Made by a program: the position numbers and the translations under genes. DNA of 64,000 nt, from assembly GCA_963783385.1 (NCBI GenBank), contig CAWANJ010000009.1, positions 576,001-640,000 on the forward strand, written 5' to 3'. The notes below the pieces were generated by a model that made no database searches, was not told the origin of the DNA, and saw nothing but the letters and a program-made list of their open reading frames with translations. The stretch's first letter is position 1, and each line of letters starts with the position of its first letter. Below, in pieces: positions 31,567 through 40,501 of the stretch. The DNA is from an uncultured Gemmatimonadales bacterium. Its GTDB lineage: Bacteria > Gemmatimonadota > Gemmatimonadetes > Palauibacterales > Palauibacteraceae.

Positions 31567-33177
31567 TCAGGTCGCTCCTCCGGCCACGTCGACCGGCCGT
31601 GCCAGCGACACTCCCTTGAGCCCCAACGAGGACCAGCTCATCGCCTCCATGCCGGGCGTGGCCGCGGCCATCGCGTCGAACGCATCGGAGGCCTCGAGCC
31701 GCGTCGGCTCCTCGCCGCCGAGGAGCCCGACCAGCCTGCTCAGCACCATCCAGGCGGGCCGGGCGATTCCCGCCTCGCGCAGGACCTGGTCGAAGCGCTG
31801 CACCCGGCCCTCCCAGTTGGTGAACGTTCCCTGCATCTCGGCGACGGACGTGATGGGCAAGATGGCGTCGGCCCGGCGCGCCGCTTCGGTGAGCCGCGTG
31901 CCCAGGTAGAGGACGTAGCCGGCACCCTCCCCGAAGTCCGCGTCCGGCAGCGTCGGGTCGTCGTCGAGACGCTCCCCGAGCACGACCAGGGCCTCCCCCG
32001 GTCCCGGCGCCGACAGAGACTCCACGCGCTCGAAGCCGAACAGCTCGGCCCCGGTGGCGTTGGGGGCACGGTCGGCGCGCAGCTTGAGCTTCGGGAAGCC
32101 GGCCAGCGTGGCCTCCCCACCCTGCTCCACCCGGAACTCGCCGCCCCGGAATCCGAGCCGCTCCAGGAGGCGACGGAGCTGGTGGAGGCTCTCGTTGCAG
32201 GCGTGCGGACTCACCACGGCCCGGCCGCCATCCTCGAGATTCGACAGATCCGATGCCACGCGCTCGAGCGCATCCTTCCAGTCCGCGGGCCGCAGCTCAC
32301 CGTCCTCGTCGCGCAGGAGCGGGACCTCGGCGCGGATGCCGCGGTTGGCCATCACGAGTTGCCCGCGCCCGTGATCGCACATCCAGTAGGAGTTCACCTC
32401 GGCGTTGTGCCTGGGCTTGAGCCGGACGACCTGGTTCTCCTTGCTGGCCACGGAGACGTTGCAGCCGTTCGAGCAACCCGGACAGATGCTGGACGCCGAG
32501 TCCATGTCCCAGAAGCGCGCCTTGAACAGGAAGTCCTCGTGCACGAGCGCGCCGACCGGGCACACATCGACGATGTTCCCGTGGAACGGGTTGTCGAGCT
32601 CCGTCCCCGGGAAGGTGTCGATGTAGGCGCGGTGGCCTCGCTGAGCCACGATGAGCGCGTCGTCCTGTGCCACCTCGCGCATGAACCGGACGCATCGCGT
32701 ACAGATGATGCAACGGTCGGCGAAGTAGAGGACGTCGTCGGCGATCCGGTCCCGCCCCATGACCAGCTTGGGCTCCTCGACCCGACTCTCGAGCTGGCCG
32801 GTCTCGAACGCGTAGTCCTGGAGCATGCACTGCCCCGCCGCATCGCAGATCGGGCAATCGAGCGGGTGGTTCACGAGCAGGAACTCGATCACCGACTTAC
32901 GGGCCAGGCGGGCCTCGTCGGTGGCCGTGTGGACCACCATGTCCTGCTGGGCATCCAGCACGCAGGAGGGCTGCAGCTTCCCTTGCCCCTCCACCGACAC
33001 CAGGCAAACCCGGCACTGGGCCGGCCGGGTCGGAATGCCCGGATGGTAGCAATAGAAGGGTACGACGACGCCGGCCCGCTGGGCCGCGTCGAGGACCCTG
33101 GTCCCCTTGGGAACCGTCACCTCGACGTCGTCGATGGTGAGGGTGACCGTTTCCTGGCTGCCGGTCTGCTCGCTCAT
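31567..33177 (-). CDS. nuoG: NADH-quinone oxidoreductase subunit G (short, ~536 aa)
   Basis: CYHP..CRVC, NHPLDCPICD, CIICTRCVRF, CPGCSNGC..MCDHG. Confidence 0.92.
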   Translation of the reverse strand: MSEQTGSQETVTLTIDDVEVTVPKGTRVLDAAQRAGVVVPFYCYHPGIPTRPAQCRVCLVSVEGQGKLQPSCVLDAQQDMVVHTATDEARLARKSVIEFLLVNHPLDCPICDAAGQCMLQDYAFETGQLESRVEEPKLVMGRDRIADDVLYFADRCIICTRCVRFMREVAQDDALIVAQRGHRAYIDTFPGTELDNPFHGNIVDVCPVGALVHEDFLFKARFWDMDSASSICPGCSNGCNVSVASKENQVVRLKPRHNAEVNSYWMCDHGRGQLVMANRGIRAEVPLLRDEDGELRPADWKDALERVASDLSNLEDGGRAVVSPHACNESLHQLRRLLERLGFRGGEFRVEQGGEATLAGFPKLKLRADRAPNATGAELFGFERVESLSAPGPGEALVVLGERLDDDPTLPDADFGEGAGYVLYLGTRLTEAARRADAILPITSVAEMQGTFTNWEGRVQRFDQVLREAGIARPAWMVLSRLVGLLGGEEPTRLEASDAFDAMAAATPGMEAMSWSSLGLKGVSLARPVDVAGGAT

Positions 33178-34466
33178 GTCGCCGTGCACGTGTCCCGGAG
33201 GATATGCGCCTCGTATTCGTCGCGGAACTTGTCGAGGGAGGACTTCAGGGGAAAGACGACGCTGTCGGCCAGCACGCAGATCGTCCGGCCGGTGAGCTGC
33301 TCGCACAGGTCGTACAGCGTGTCAATGTCCTCCATGCGTCCGTCGCCGTGCTCGATACGGGTGAGGATCTCCGCGATCCACTCGGTGCCCTCACGGCACT
33401 GGACGCATTGCCCGCAGGACTCGTGGGCGTAGAACTGGGCGATCCGCCGTGTGGCCCCCAGCAGGCAGGTGCTCTCGTCCATCACAATGGGGGACGCCGT
33501 CCCGAGCGAGCTACCCGCCTCCTTGAGCCCCTCGTACGTCGTCTCGCAGTCGAGCTCGTCCGGCGTGAGGTAGGCCGTGGACGACCCCCCGGGGATCACG
33601 GCCCGGACGGCCCGTCCCTCCGGGATGCCGCCGCACACATCGAACAGGATGTCCTTGAGCGGCACGCCCAGGGCCAACTCGTAGTTGCCCGGCCGGTTCA
33701 AATGGCCCGAGCAGCACCACAGCTTGGTGCCCGGGCTCTTCTCGGTCCCCCACTGCCGGTACCACTCGGCCCCGTTCGTGAGGATCATGGGGACGGCGGC
33801 CAGCGTCTCCACGTTGTTGACGGTGGTGGGCTGGCCGAAGACCCCGGCCTGGGCCGGGAACGGCGGCTTCACCCGCGGCTCGGCCCGACGACCCTCGAGG
33901 GAGGCCATCAGCCCGGTCTCCTCGCCCGCAATGTACGCCCCGGCGCCGACGTGCACGGTGAGGTCGCAGCTCCAGCCGCTCCCCATGATGTCCTCGCCCA
34001 GGTAGCCCTCGCGGTACGCATCCGAGACGGCCCGGTTGAGGATAGGCAGCACCGGGAAGAACTCGCCCCGGATGTAGATGTAGGCATGCCGGGCCCGGAT
34101 GGCGCGGGCCGCGATCAGACAGCCCTCGATCAGAAGGTGGGGCGTCCAGCGCAGCACCTCGCGGTCCTTGAACGCGCCCGGCTCGCTCTCGTCGGCGTTG
34201 CAGCACAGGTAGTGCGGCCGGTCGTCGTCGGCACCCGGCATGAAGCTCCACTTCATGCCCGTCGGGAACCCGGCCCCGCCCCGCCCCCGCAGGCCCGAGT
34301 CCTTGACGACCTGGACGATCTCCTCGGGCTCCATGGACAGGGCCTTGCGGAGGCCCTCGTAGCCGCCCCGCTCCAGCCACGTGTCCAGGTGGCGCGCCTC
34401 CTCCTCCCCCATGTATTGGGAGAGGAGCGTGGTCGTCTCGAGGTCGTGCCGATAGGGAAAGGCCAT
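33174..34466 (-). CDS. nuoF: NADH-quinone oxidoreductase subunit F
   Basis: GRGGAGFPTG, NADESEPG, GEETG, ESCGQCVQCREG. Confidence 0.97.
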   Translation of the reverse strand: MAFPYRHDLETTTLLSQYMGEEEARHLDTWLERGGYEGLRKALSMEPEEIVQVVKDSGLRGRGGAGFPTGMKWSFMPGADDDRPHYLCCNADESEPGAFKDREVLRWTPHLLIEGCLIAARAIRARHAYIYIRGEFFPVLPILNRAVSDAYREGYLGEDIMGSGWSCDLTVHVGAGAYIAGEETGLMASLEGRRAEPRVKPPFPAQAGVFGQPTTVNNVETLAAVPMILTNGAEWYRQWGTEKSPGTKLWCCSGHLNRPGNYELALGVPLKDILFDVCGGIPEGRAVRAVIPGGSSTAYLTPDELDCETTYEGLKEAGSSLGTASPIVMDESTCLLGATRRIAQFYAHESCGQCVQCREGTEWIAEILTRIEHGDGRMEDIDTLYDLCEQLTGRTICVLADSVVFPLKSSLDKFRDEYEAHILRDTCTAT

Positions 34467-35045
34467 CTAGACGTCCCGCCCTTCGGCCCGGGCCCACAGC
34501 GCGTCCACGATGTCGGGCACTTTCTCCGGCGTCACGTTCTCGACGTAGTCCTCGTTGATCTGCACGACCGTGGCGAAGCCGCAGGCGCCGAGGCACTCCA
34601 CTTCGATGACGGTGAACAGGCCGTTCTCCGACGTCTCGCCCGGACGCGTCCCGGTCTCCTCGAGGAAGCGCTCCAGCACCTCCTCACCCCGGTTCAGGTG
34701 GCAGGCAATGTTCGTGCACACCTGGATCAGGTAACGGCCCACGGGCCGCTTGTTGTACATCGTGTAGAAGGTGGCGACCGAGTACACGTAGGCGGGAGTG
34801 AGGTCCAGGGCTCCGGCGATCTCCTGCATCGCGCGGGCCGAGACCCACCCGTTCTTCTCCTGCGCGTAGTTGAGAAGCGGCAGCAGGGCCGGCGTGGCGC
34901 TCGGGTAGCGGCTGCGGATCTTCTCGAGGCGCTCCCGGCCCTCATCGGACTCGAACAGCGGCTCGTCCGTGGTGCCCGAGCCCTGGTGCTCCTCGCGCAT
35001 GTAGGGCTGGGCGCCGGCCACCGAGGGGTGCAGTCCTTCGCTCAT
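34467..35045 (-). CDS. nuoE: NADH-quinone oxidoreductase subunit E
   Basis: VATFYTMY, VCTNIAC, ECLGAC. Confidence 0.94.
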   Translation of the reverse strand: MSEGLHPSVAGAQPYMREEHQGSGTTDEPLFESDEGRERLEKIRSRYPSATPALLPLLNYAQEKNGWVSARAMQEIAGALDLTPAYVYSVATFYTMYNKRPVGRYLIQVCTNIACHLNRGEEVLERFLEETGTRPGETSENGLFTVIEVECLGACGFATVVQINEDYVENVTPEKVPDIVDALWARAEGRDV

Positions 35046-35046
35046 G

Positions 35047-36938
35047 CTATCGATCGATCTCGCCGAGGACAATGTCCAGGGAGGCGTTGACCGCGATCAC
35101 GTCCGAGACCAGCTCGTCCTTCACCATGGTCGAGAGGGCCGAGAGGTTGATGAAGGACGGGGCCCGGAAGCGGCAGCGGACGGGCTTGTTGCCCCCGTCC
35201 GAGATGATCCCGAACCCGAGCTCCCCCTTGGACGCCTCCACCGAGTACCACACCTCGCCCGGCGGGACCTGCAGTCCCTCCATGACGAGCTTGAAGTGCG
35301 AGATCATGGAGTCGATGTTACCCATGGCCTCGCTTTTGGGCGGCAGCACCACCCGCCGGTCCTGCACGTTGATCGGCCCGTCGGGCACGCCTCGCTCCAG
35401 GACCTGCTCGAGGATGCGCACGCTCTGCCGCATCTCCTCCATCCGCACCATGTACCGGTCGTACGTGTCGCCGTGCTCGCCCACCGGGACGTCGAAGTCG
35501 TACTCCTCGTAGCCCAGGTAGGGGCGCGCCTTGCGCACGTCGTACGGGACGCCGCTGGCCCGGAGGTTGGGGCCCGTGAGGCCGTGGTTCACGGCCTCGG
35601 CCCCGTTCATCGTCCCAATGTCCTCGGTCCGCGCCAGCCAGAATGGCGTTGTTGGAGAGCAGGTCCTCGACCTGGTTGATCGTCTCGGGGAGGGTGCGCA
35701 CGAACTCGGCGAGGCCGTCGAGCCAACCGACGGGAAGATCGGCCACCATGCCCCCCACCCGCGTCACCGACGTCGTGATCCTGCCGCCGCAGTAGGCCTC
35801 GTGCAGGTTGTAGATCCGCTCGCGTTCCTGGAACGTGTATAGGAACACGGTGAACGCGCCCAGGTCGATGCCCGTGGTTCCCAACCAGAGCAGGTGCCCC
35901 AGGATCCGGTTCAGCTCCATGAGGATGACGCGGACCGACCGGCAGCGCGGCGTGATCTCGATCCCGAGCAGGCTCTCCACCGCGAGCGCGTAGCCAATGT
36001 TGTAGATCATCGGCGCCAGGTAGTCCATGCGGTCCGTGTACGGGACGACCTGGTTCCACTCCCGGTACTCGCACGTCTTCTCGAAGCCGGTGTGCAGGTA
36101 GCCCAGGTGGGGGATGCACTGCACGACGCGCTCGCCATCCAGCTCCAGCACCAGGCGCAGCACACCGTGCGTGGCGGGGTGCTGCGGCCCGAATGTTGAT
36201 GAGCATCCTCTCGCCCTCGAGCCCGCGGGCCATCGCTCCCACGTCATCGGGGCTCATACGGGGTGGCAGGTCCAGCGCCTCGACGTCGCGATCCGCGCCG
36301 GCGATACCCGCGGCCAGCTCGAGCTCACGTATGGCGTACACGTCCTCCAGCCCCTCGCCCAGCGCCCGGCGCACCTGCTCGGCCCGAGAGAAGCGCCCGC
36401 GCAGCGGGAAATCCTTCCGCAGGGGGAAGCCCTCGGCGTAGTTCTCCGGCATGAGGATTCGCCGGAGGTCGGGGTGTCCGCTGAACGTCACCCCGTACAT
36501 GTCGTAGACTTCCCGCTCCAGCCAGTTGGCCGTCTGGTACAACCCCGTGACGGTCGGCACGGACAGGTCGTCCCACGGCGGCTCGGCCACCACCCGGAAC
36601 ATGCGCCCGTGGCGCAGTGACCAGAGCTGGTACCACACCTGGAGCGGGCGACCGCCGCCGAGGTCGGCACCCATGACGTCGAGCAGGAGCTCGTAGGACT
36701 GAGATTCGTCGTCGCGCAGGAACTCGAGGACGTCCCCGACCCGGTCCGGGTCGACCACGACCACGGGCACGTGGATGGCGTCGAACCGTGTACGCCCCAC
36801 CGCCTCCCCGAAGCGCTCGCGAAGCGCGCGGACGCTGGGGTGGTCGTCGGCCGGGCCCTCCGGCGTCGGAGAGCCCCGGACCAACTCGCCGGCCGCGACG
36901 CCCGGGAGCGTCCCCGTCCTCGGCACCCTCAGCTCCAA
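35047..36938 (-). CDS. nuoCD: Fused NADH-quinone oxidoreductase subunit C/D; two apparent +1 frameshifts (~36192, ~35642)
   Basis: NuoC motif [25 protein letters not shown] reads in frame into MLINI; [13 protein letters not shown] and DRMDY lie in a second frame; [14 protein letters not shown] in a third. Removing two bases gives ~629 aa. Confidence 0.9.
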
Positions 36939-37639
36939 TGTTCCAGGAGACGCTCGATCCGGTCACCGGGCCGGGAGACCGCGCTGGTGGCCTCGAGGCC
37001 GCTGACCCGGTTCTGCTTGGTGGAGTTTCCAAAGGGCTGGGACACGAGCTCGATCGCCTCGGGCGGGAGGTTGGGCCGGCCGGCCGCGGACGCCGACTCC
37101 TCGCGGGCGGTGGGATCGGTGACCGACTCCCCCTTCACCTTCTCCTGCACCATGAGAAGACCGTAGATGAGCCCCTCGGGCCGGGGCGGGCAGCCCGGCA
37201 CGTACACGTCGACCGGCACGATCTCGTCAATGCCCTGCACGATCGTGTAGTTGTCGAACATGCCGCCCGAACTGGCGCACGCCCCCATGGACACGCACCA
37301 CTTGGGCTGGGGCATCTGGTCCCACACCTTCCGGAGGACCGGGGCGAGCTTGTAGCTCACGCGTCCGGCGACGATCATCAGGTCGGCCTGGCGGGGACTG
37401 AACGACATCCTCTCCATGCCGAAGCGCGCGATGTCGTACTTGGAGGCGGCCGCCCCCATCATCTCAATGGCGCAGCAGGCGGTGCCGAAGGGCATGGGCC
37501 ACAGGGAGTTCCGACGCGACCAGTTGATGACATAGTCGAGCCGGGTGGTGAGCCAGCTCCGCGGAACCCCCGTGTCCACGGTGTCCGTGTCGTCCGCGTG
37601 ACCGGCGTCGGCCCGCAGGGTCTTCAGCTCCCTCGGCAT
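36929..37639 (-). CDS. nuoB: NADH-quinone oxidoreductase subunit B
   Basis: [32 protein letters not shown]. Confidence 0.97.
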   Translation of the reverse strand: MPRELKTLRADAGHADDTDTVDTGVPRSWLTTRLDYVINWSRRNSLWPMPFGTACCAIEMMGAAASKYDIARFGMERMSFSPRQADLMIVAGRVSYKLAPVLRKVWDQMPQPKWCVSMGACASSGGMFDNYTIVQGIDEIVPVDVYVPGCPPRPEGLIYGLLMVQEKVKGESVTDPTAREESASAAGRPNLPPEAIELVSQPFGNSTKQNRVSGLEATSAVSRPGDRIERLLEHWS

Positions 37640-37663
37640 CGTCTCAGCTCCGCCTGGCGCACG

Positions 37664-38020
37664 TCAGGTCCATTCGAGCGCGCCCTTCTTCCATGCATAG
37701 GCCAAGCCGACCGCGAGCACGGCGATGAACACGACCATCTCCCAGAACCCGGCCAGGCCCAGCTCGCGGTAGATGACCGCCCAGGGGAAGAAGAAGATGG
37801 TCTCGATATCGAACACGATGAACAGCATCGCGACAATGTAGTACTGCACCGAGAAGCGCTCGCGGGTGCCGCCCAGGGGGAGCATGCCCGACTCGTACGG
37901 GCTGCCCTTGGCCGCGGTGGGCCGGAAGGGGCTGGCGAGGTGGGACGCGAGCATCATGACTGCGGCGTTCGCCACACCCACGATGCTCAGGAAGAAGATA
38001 CCCAGATACGGGCGCGTCAT
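37664..38020 (-). CDS. nuoA: NADH-quinone oxidoreductase subunit A
   Basis: PYESG, FIVFDIE, KKGALEW; GAGGAGG RBS upstream of ATG 38020. Confidence 0.95.
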   Translation of the reverse strand: MTRPYLGIFFLSIVGVANAAVMMLASHLASPFRPTAAKGSPYESGMLPLGGTRERFSVQYYIVAMLFIVFDIETIFFFPWAVIYRELGLAGFWEMVVFIAVLAVGLAYAWKKGALEWT

Positions 38021-38036
38021 CGCCTCCTCGAAGCCC

Positions 38037-38054
38037 TTGTGAATTTCTTCACTT
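38037..38054. promoter_or_regulatory. Putative Rex (NADH/NAD+ sensing repressor) operator
   Basis: TTGTGAATTTCTTCACTT versus consensus TTGTGAA-N4-TTCACAA (12 of 14 defined bases), between the nuo -10 box and the nuoA RBS. Confidence 0.7.
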
Positions 38055-38069
38055 GCCTCGCGCCACCGG

Positions 38070-38098
38070 AGTATATCGAACCCCGGAAGGCCGATCAA
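38070..38098 (-). promoter_or_regulatory. sigma70-type promoter of the nuo operon
   Basis: TTGATC-N17-TATACT on the minus strand. Confidence 0.7.
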
Positions 38099-38118
38099 GC
38101 GGTCCGGGAGCCCCCGCG

Positions 38119-38943
38119 GTGAACGACGCCGGCGACCCCGTGGTCACTCGCGGCGGCAGGATCCGGGTGTCCCTCCGTGGAGCCGGCCCGCGCCTCCTCC
38201 TGGTGCACGGGCTCACGGCCAGCGGCGCCGTGTGGGGCCGGGTGAGCGAGCGCCTCGAAGGTCGCTTCACGCTGGTGATCCCAGACTTACTGGGCCGCGG
38301 CGCCTCCGACCCCGCGCCCGGGGCCCGCTTCCGGCTGGCCGAGGAGGTGGGACGCCTCGAGGCCGTGGCGCGGGTCCACGCGCCCGGGCCGTTCGTGCTC
38401 GTGGGCCACTCCCACGGAGCCGCCCTCGCCCTGGCCGTCGCCGCGCGCACCACCCGCTGCCGCGGGCTGTGCCTGGTGGACCCCGTCACTCCCTGGACGA
38501 AGCGGCCGCTCCTCCTCGAGCTCCTGCGCTCAGGACCGGTGCGCGCTTCGCTCGCGCCGCTCCTCTGCTCGGTGCGCCGGCCCCTGACGCGGCTCGTCCT
38601 CCGTCGCCGCGTGTTCGGGGACCCCGCCGCGGTGGACGAGGCCGTCGTTCGGCGCTACGCCGCCCCGTACCGGGACCCGGATCGGGCACGCACGCTGCTT
38701 CGCGTGCTGGCGGACTGGCGCCCCTGGGAGCTGTCGCCCCACCTTGCCCCCCGCCCCACGGCCCTGGTGCTGACCGGAGAGCTCGACCGCCGGGCTCCGC
38801 CGGAGCTGGTCGAACGGCTGGCCGGTCGGCTGGAATGCCAGCTCCGGGTCGTCCCCGGGGCTGGCCACGCTCTCCCCGAGGAGGCGCCGGACGCGGTCGC
38901 GCGGGCCATCGAGGCCGTGGCCGACGGCCGCTCGTATCCGTAG
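38119..38943 (+). CDS. Alpha/beta fold hydrolase
   Basis: LVHG, PDLLGRGAS, nucleophile elbow GHSHG, GELD, GAGH; start position uncertain. Confidence 0.85.
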   Translation: MNDAGDPVVTRGGRIRVSLRGAGPRLLLVHGLTASGAVWGRVSERLEGRFTLVIPDLLGRGASDPAPGARFRLAEEVGRLEAVARVHAPGPFVLVGHSHGAALALAVAARTTRCRGLCLVDPVTPWTKRPLLLELLRSGPVRASLAPLLCSVRRPLTRLVLRRRVFGDPAAVDEAVVRRYAAPYRDPDRARTLLRVLADWRPWELSPHLAPRPTALVLTGELDRRAPPELVERLAGRLECQLRVVPGAGHALPEEAPDAVARAIEAVADGRSYP

Positions 38944-38997
38944 GATCGCGACGCAGGAACGCCGCCACGTACCCAAACGCCGAACGAGGACGAGGGA

Positions 38998-39552
38998 ATG
39001 AGCATCAAGAGCGACCGCTGGATCCGACGCATGGCCACCGAGCACGGTATGATCGAGCCCTTCGCCGACGCCCAGGTCCGGGACGGCGTGATCTCCTACG
39101 GGCTGTCCAGCTACGGGTACGACATGCGGGTGGCCGACGAGTTCAGGATCTTCCACAACGCCCTCATGCCGGTGGTCGACCCCAAGAGCTTCGACCAGCG
39201 CTCCTTCGTCGAGTTCAGCGGCGAGTCCTGCATCATCCCGCCCAACTCGTTCGCCCTGGCGCGGTCCGTGGAGTACTTCCGGATCCCTCGCGATGTCCTG
39301 ACGATCACGGTCGGAAAGTCCACCTACGCGCGCTGCGGCATCATCACCAACGTCACCCCGTTCGAGCCGGAGTGGGAGGGCTTCGTCACCCTCGAGATCA
39401 GCAACACGACGCCCCTGCCCGCGCGGGTGTACGCCCACGAAGGGATCGCCCAGGTCCTCTTCTTCCAGTCGGACGAGCCGTGCGAGGTGAGCTACGCGGA
39501 CCGTAAGGGGAAGTACCAGGGACAGAAGGGGGTGACGCCGCCGAGGCTGTAG
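38998..39552 (+). CDS. dcd: dCTP deaminase
   Basis: [31 protein letters not shown]. Confidence 0.96.
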   Translation: MSIKSDRWIRRMATEHGMIEPFADAQVRDGVISYGLSSYGYDMRVADEFRIFHNALMPVVDPKSFDQRSFVEFSGESCIIPPNSFALARSVEYFRIPRDVLTITVGKSTYARCGIITNVTPFEPEWEGFVTLEISNTTPLPARVYAHEGIAQVLFFQSDEPCEVSYADRKGKYQGQKGVTPPRL

Positions 39553-39641
39553 ACGGCGCCCGCTGGCGCCGGAGGTCGACGGGCAGGAGGGGTGGTCGCG
39601 TCGAGAGGGCGGCCCGTGCCGCTCGGGCCGGGCAGACCGTC

Positions 39642-40019
39642 TCAGCCCGCGCTGCGCCAGCCGGTCACCGCCACCACGACCCAGCCCACCAGGAAGGCCA
39701 CGCCCCCGAACGGGGTCACCGCACCGAGCCACCGGATGCCGGTGAGGGCGAGGGCGTAGAGGCTGCCCGAGAACAGCACCGTCCCCGCCACGAAGAGCCA
39801 GCCGGCCGCTCCCCAGGCCCCGTTCGGCCAGCGGCCGGCCAGCGCCGCCAGCGCGACGAGCGCCAGCGCGTGGAGCATCTGGTAGCGGACCCCGGTGTCG
39901 AACACCTCCAGGAGGTCGGGAGAGATCCTCGCGTGGAGGCTGTGAGCACCGAACGCCCCGGCCGCCACGCCCACGAAAGCCGAGATGGCGCCCGCCACGA
40001 GCAGGCCCCGGGCACTCAC
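39642..40019 (-). CDS. DUF423 (YgdD/TMEM256) membrane protein
   Basis: GAFGAH, YQMLHAL, LFSGSLY, GAVTPFGG. Confidence 0.92.
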   Translation of the reverse strand: MSARGLLVAGAISAFVGVAAGAFGAHSLHARISPDLLEVFDTGVRYQMLHALALVALAALAGRWPNGAWGAAGWLFVAGTVLFSGSLYALALTGIRWLGAVTPFGGVAFLVGWVVVAVTGWRSAG

Positions 40020-40084
40020 GGCGTCGAAAGCCCCGCGGGAGCCGTCCGGTCCACGTTCACCGGGTCCGCCCTTCCGGCGTCCGG

Positions 40085-40501
40085 TCAGCGCTCATCCCCA
40101 TCCCCTCCCAACACGCCGCGCTCGGCCCGCGAGGCCAGCTTCTCGAGGTTGGCCCGGGCCACGTCCGAGGCGGACAGGCCGAACTCGTGCGCGAGCACGG
40201 CCACGTACCATTGCACGTCGCCGAGCTCCTTCTTGATCTCCTCGCGGAACTCAGGGGTCACCCGCCCGCCGCGGTCGCGGAAGAGCTTCTTGATCTTCCC
40301 CAGCACCTCGCCGGCCTCGTTGGCAAGCCCGAGCGCCGGATACACGAACCGGTGCCCTCCCACGGCGGGATACAGCGCGGTGCGGAGCGCCCCCTCCTGA
40401 TACGCGTCCAGGTCCAGGGGCTCGTTACCGCGGCGCTCCTCCCCGGTCCCGGTGCTCCTGTGCGGGCCGACGGTGGACGCCGCGGTCTCCTCCGGGCTCA
40501 C
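40085..40501 (-). CDS. MazG-like all-alpha NTP pyrophosphohydrolase
   Basis: LGLANEAGEV..KK..RD, ELGDVQWY, NLEKL. Confidence 0.88.
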   Translation of the reverse strand: MSPEETAASTVGPHRSTGTGEERRGNEPLDLDAYQEGALRTALYPAVGGHRFVYPALGLANEAGEVLGKIKKLFRDRGGRVTPEFREEIKKELGDVQWYVAVLAHEFGLSASDVARANLEKLASRAERGVLGGDGDER

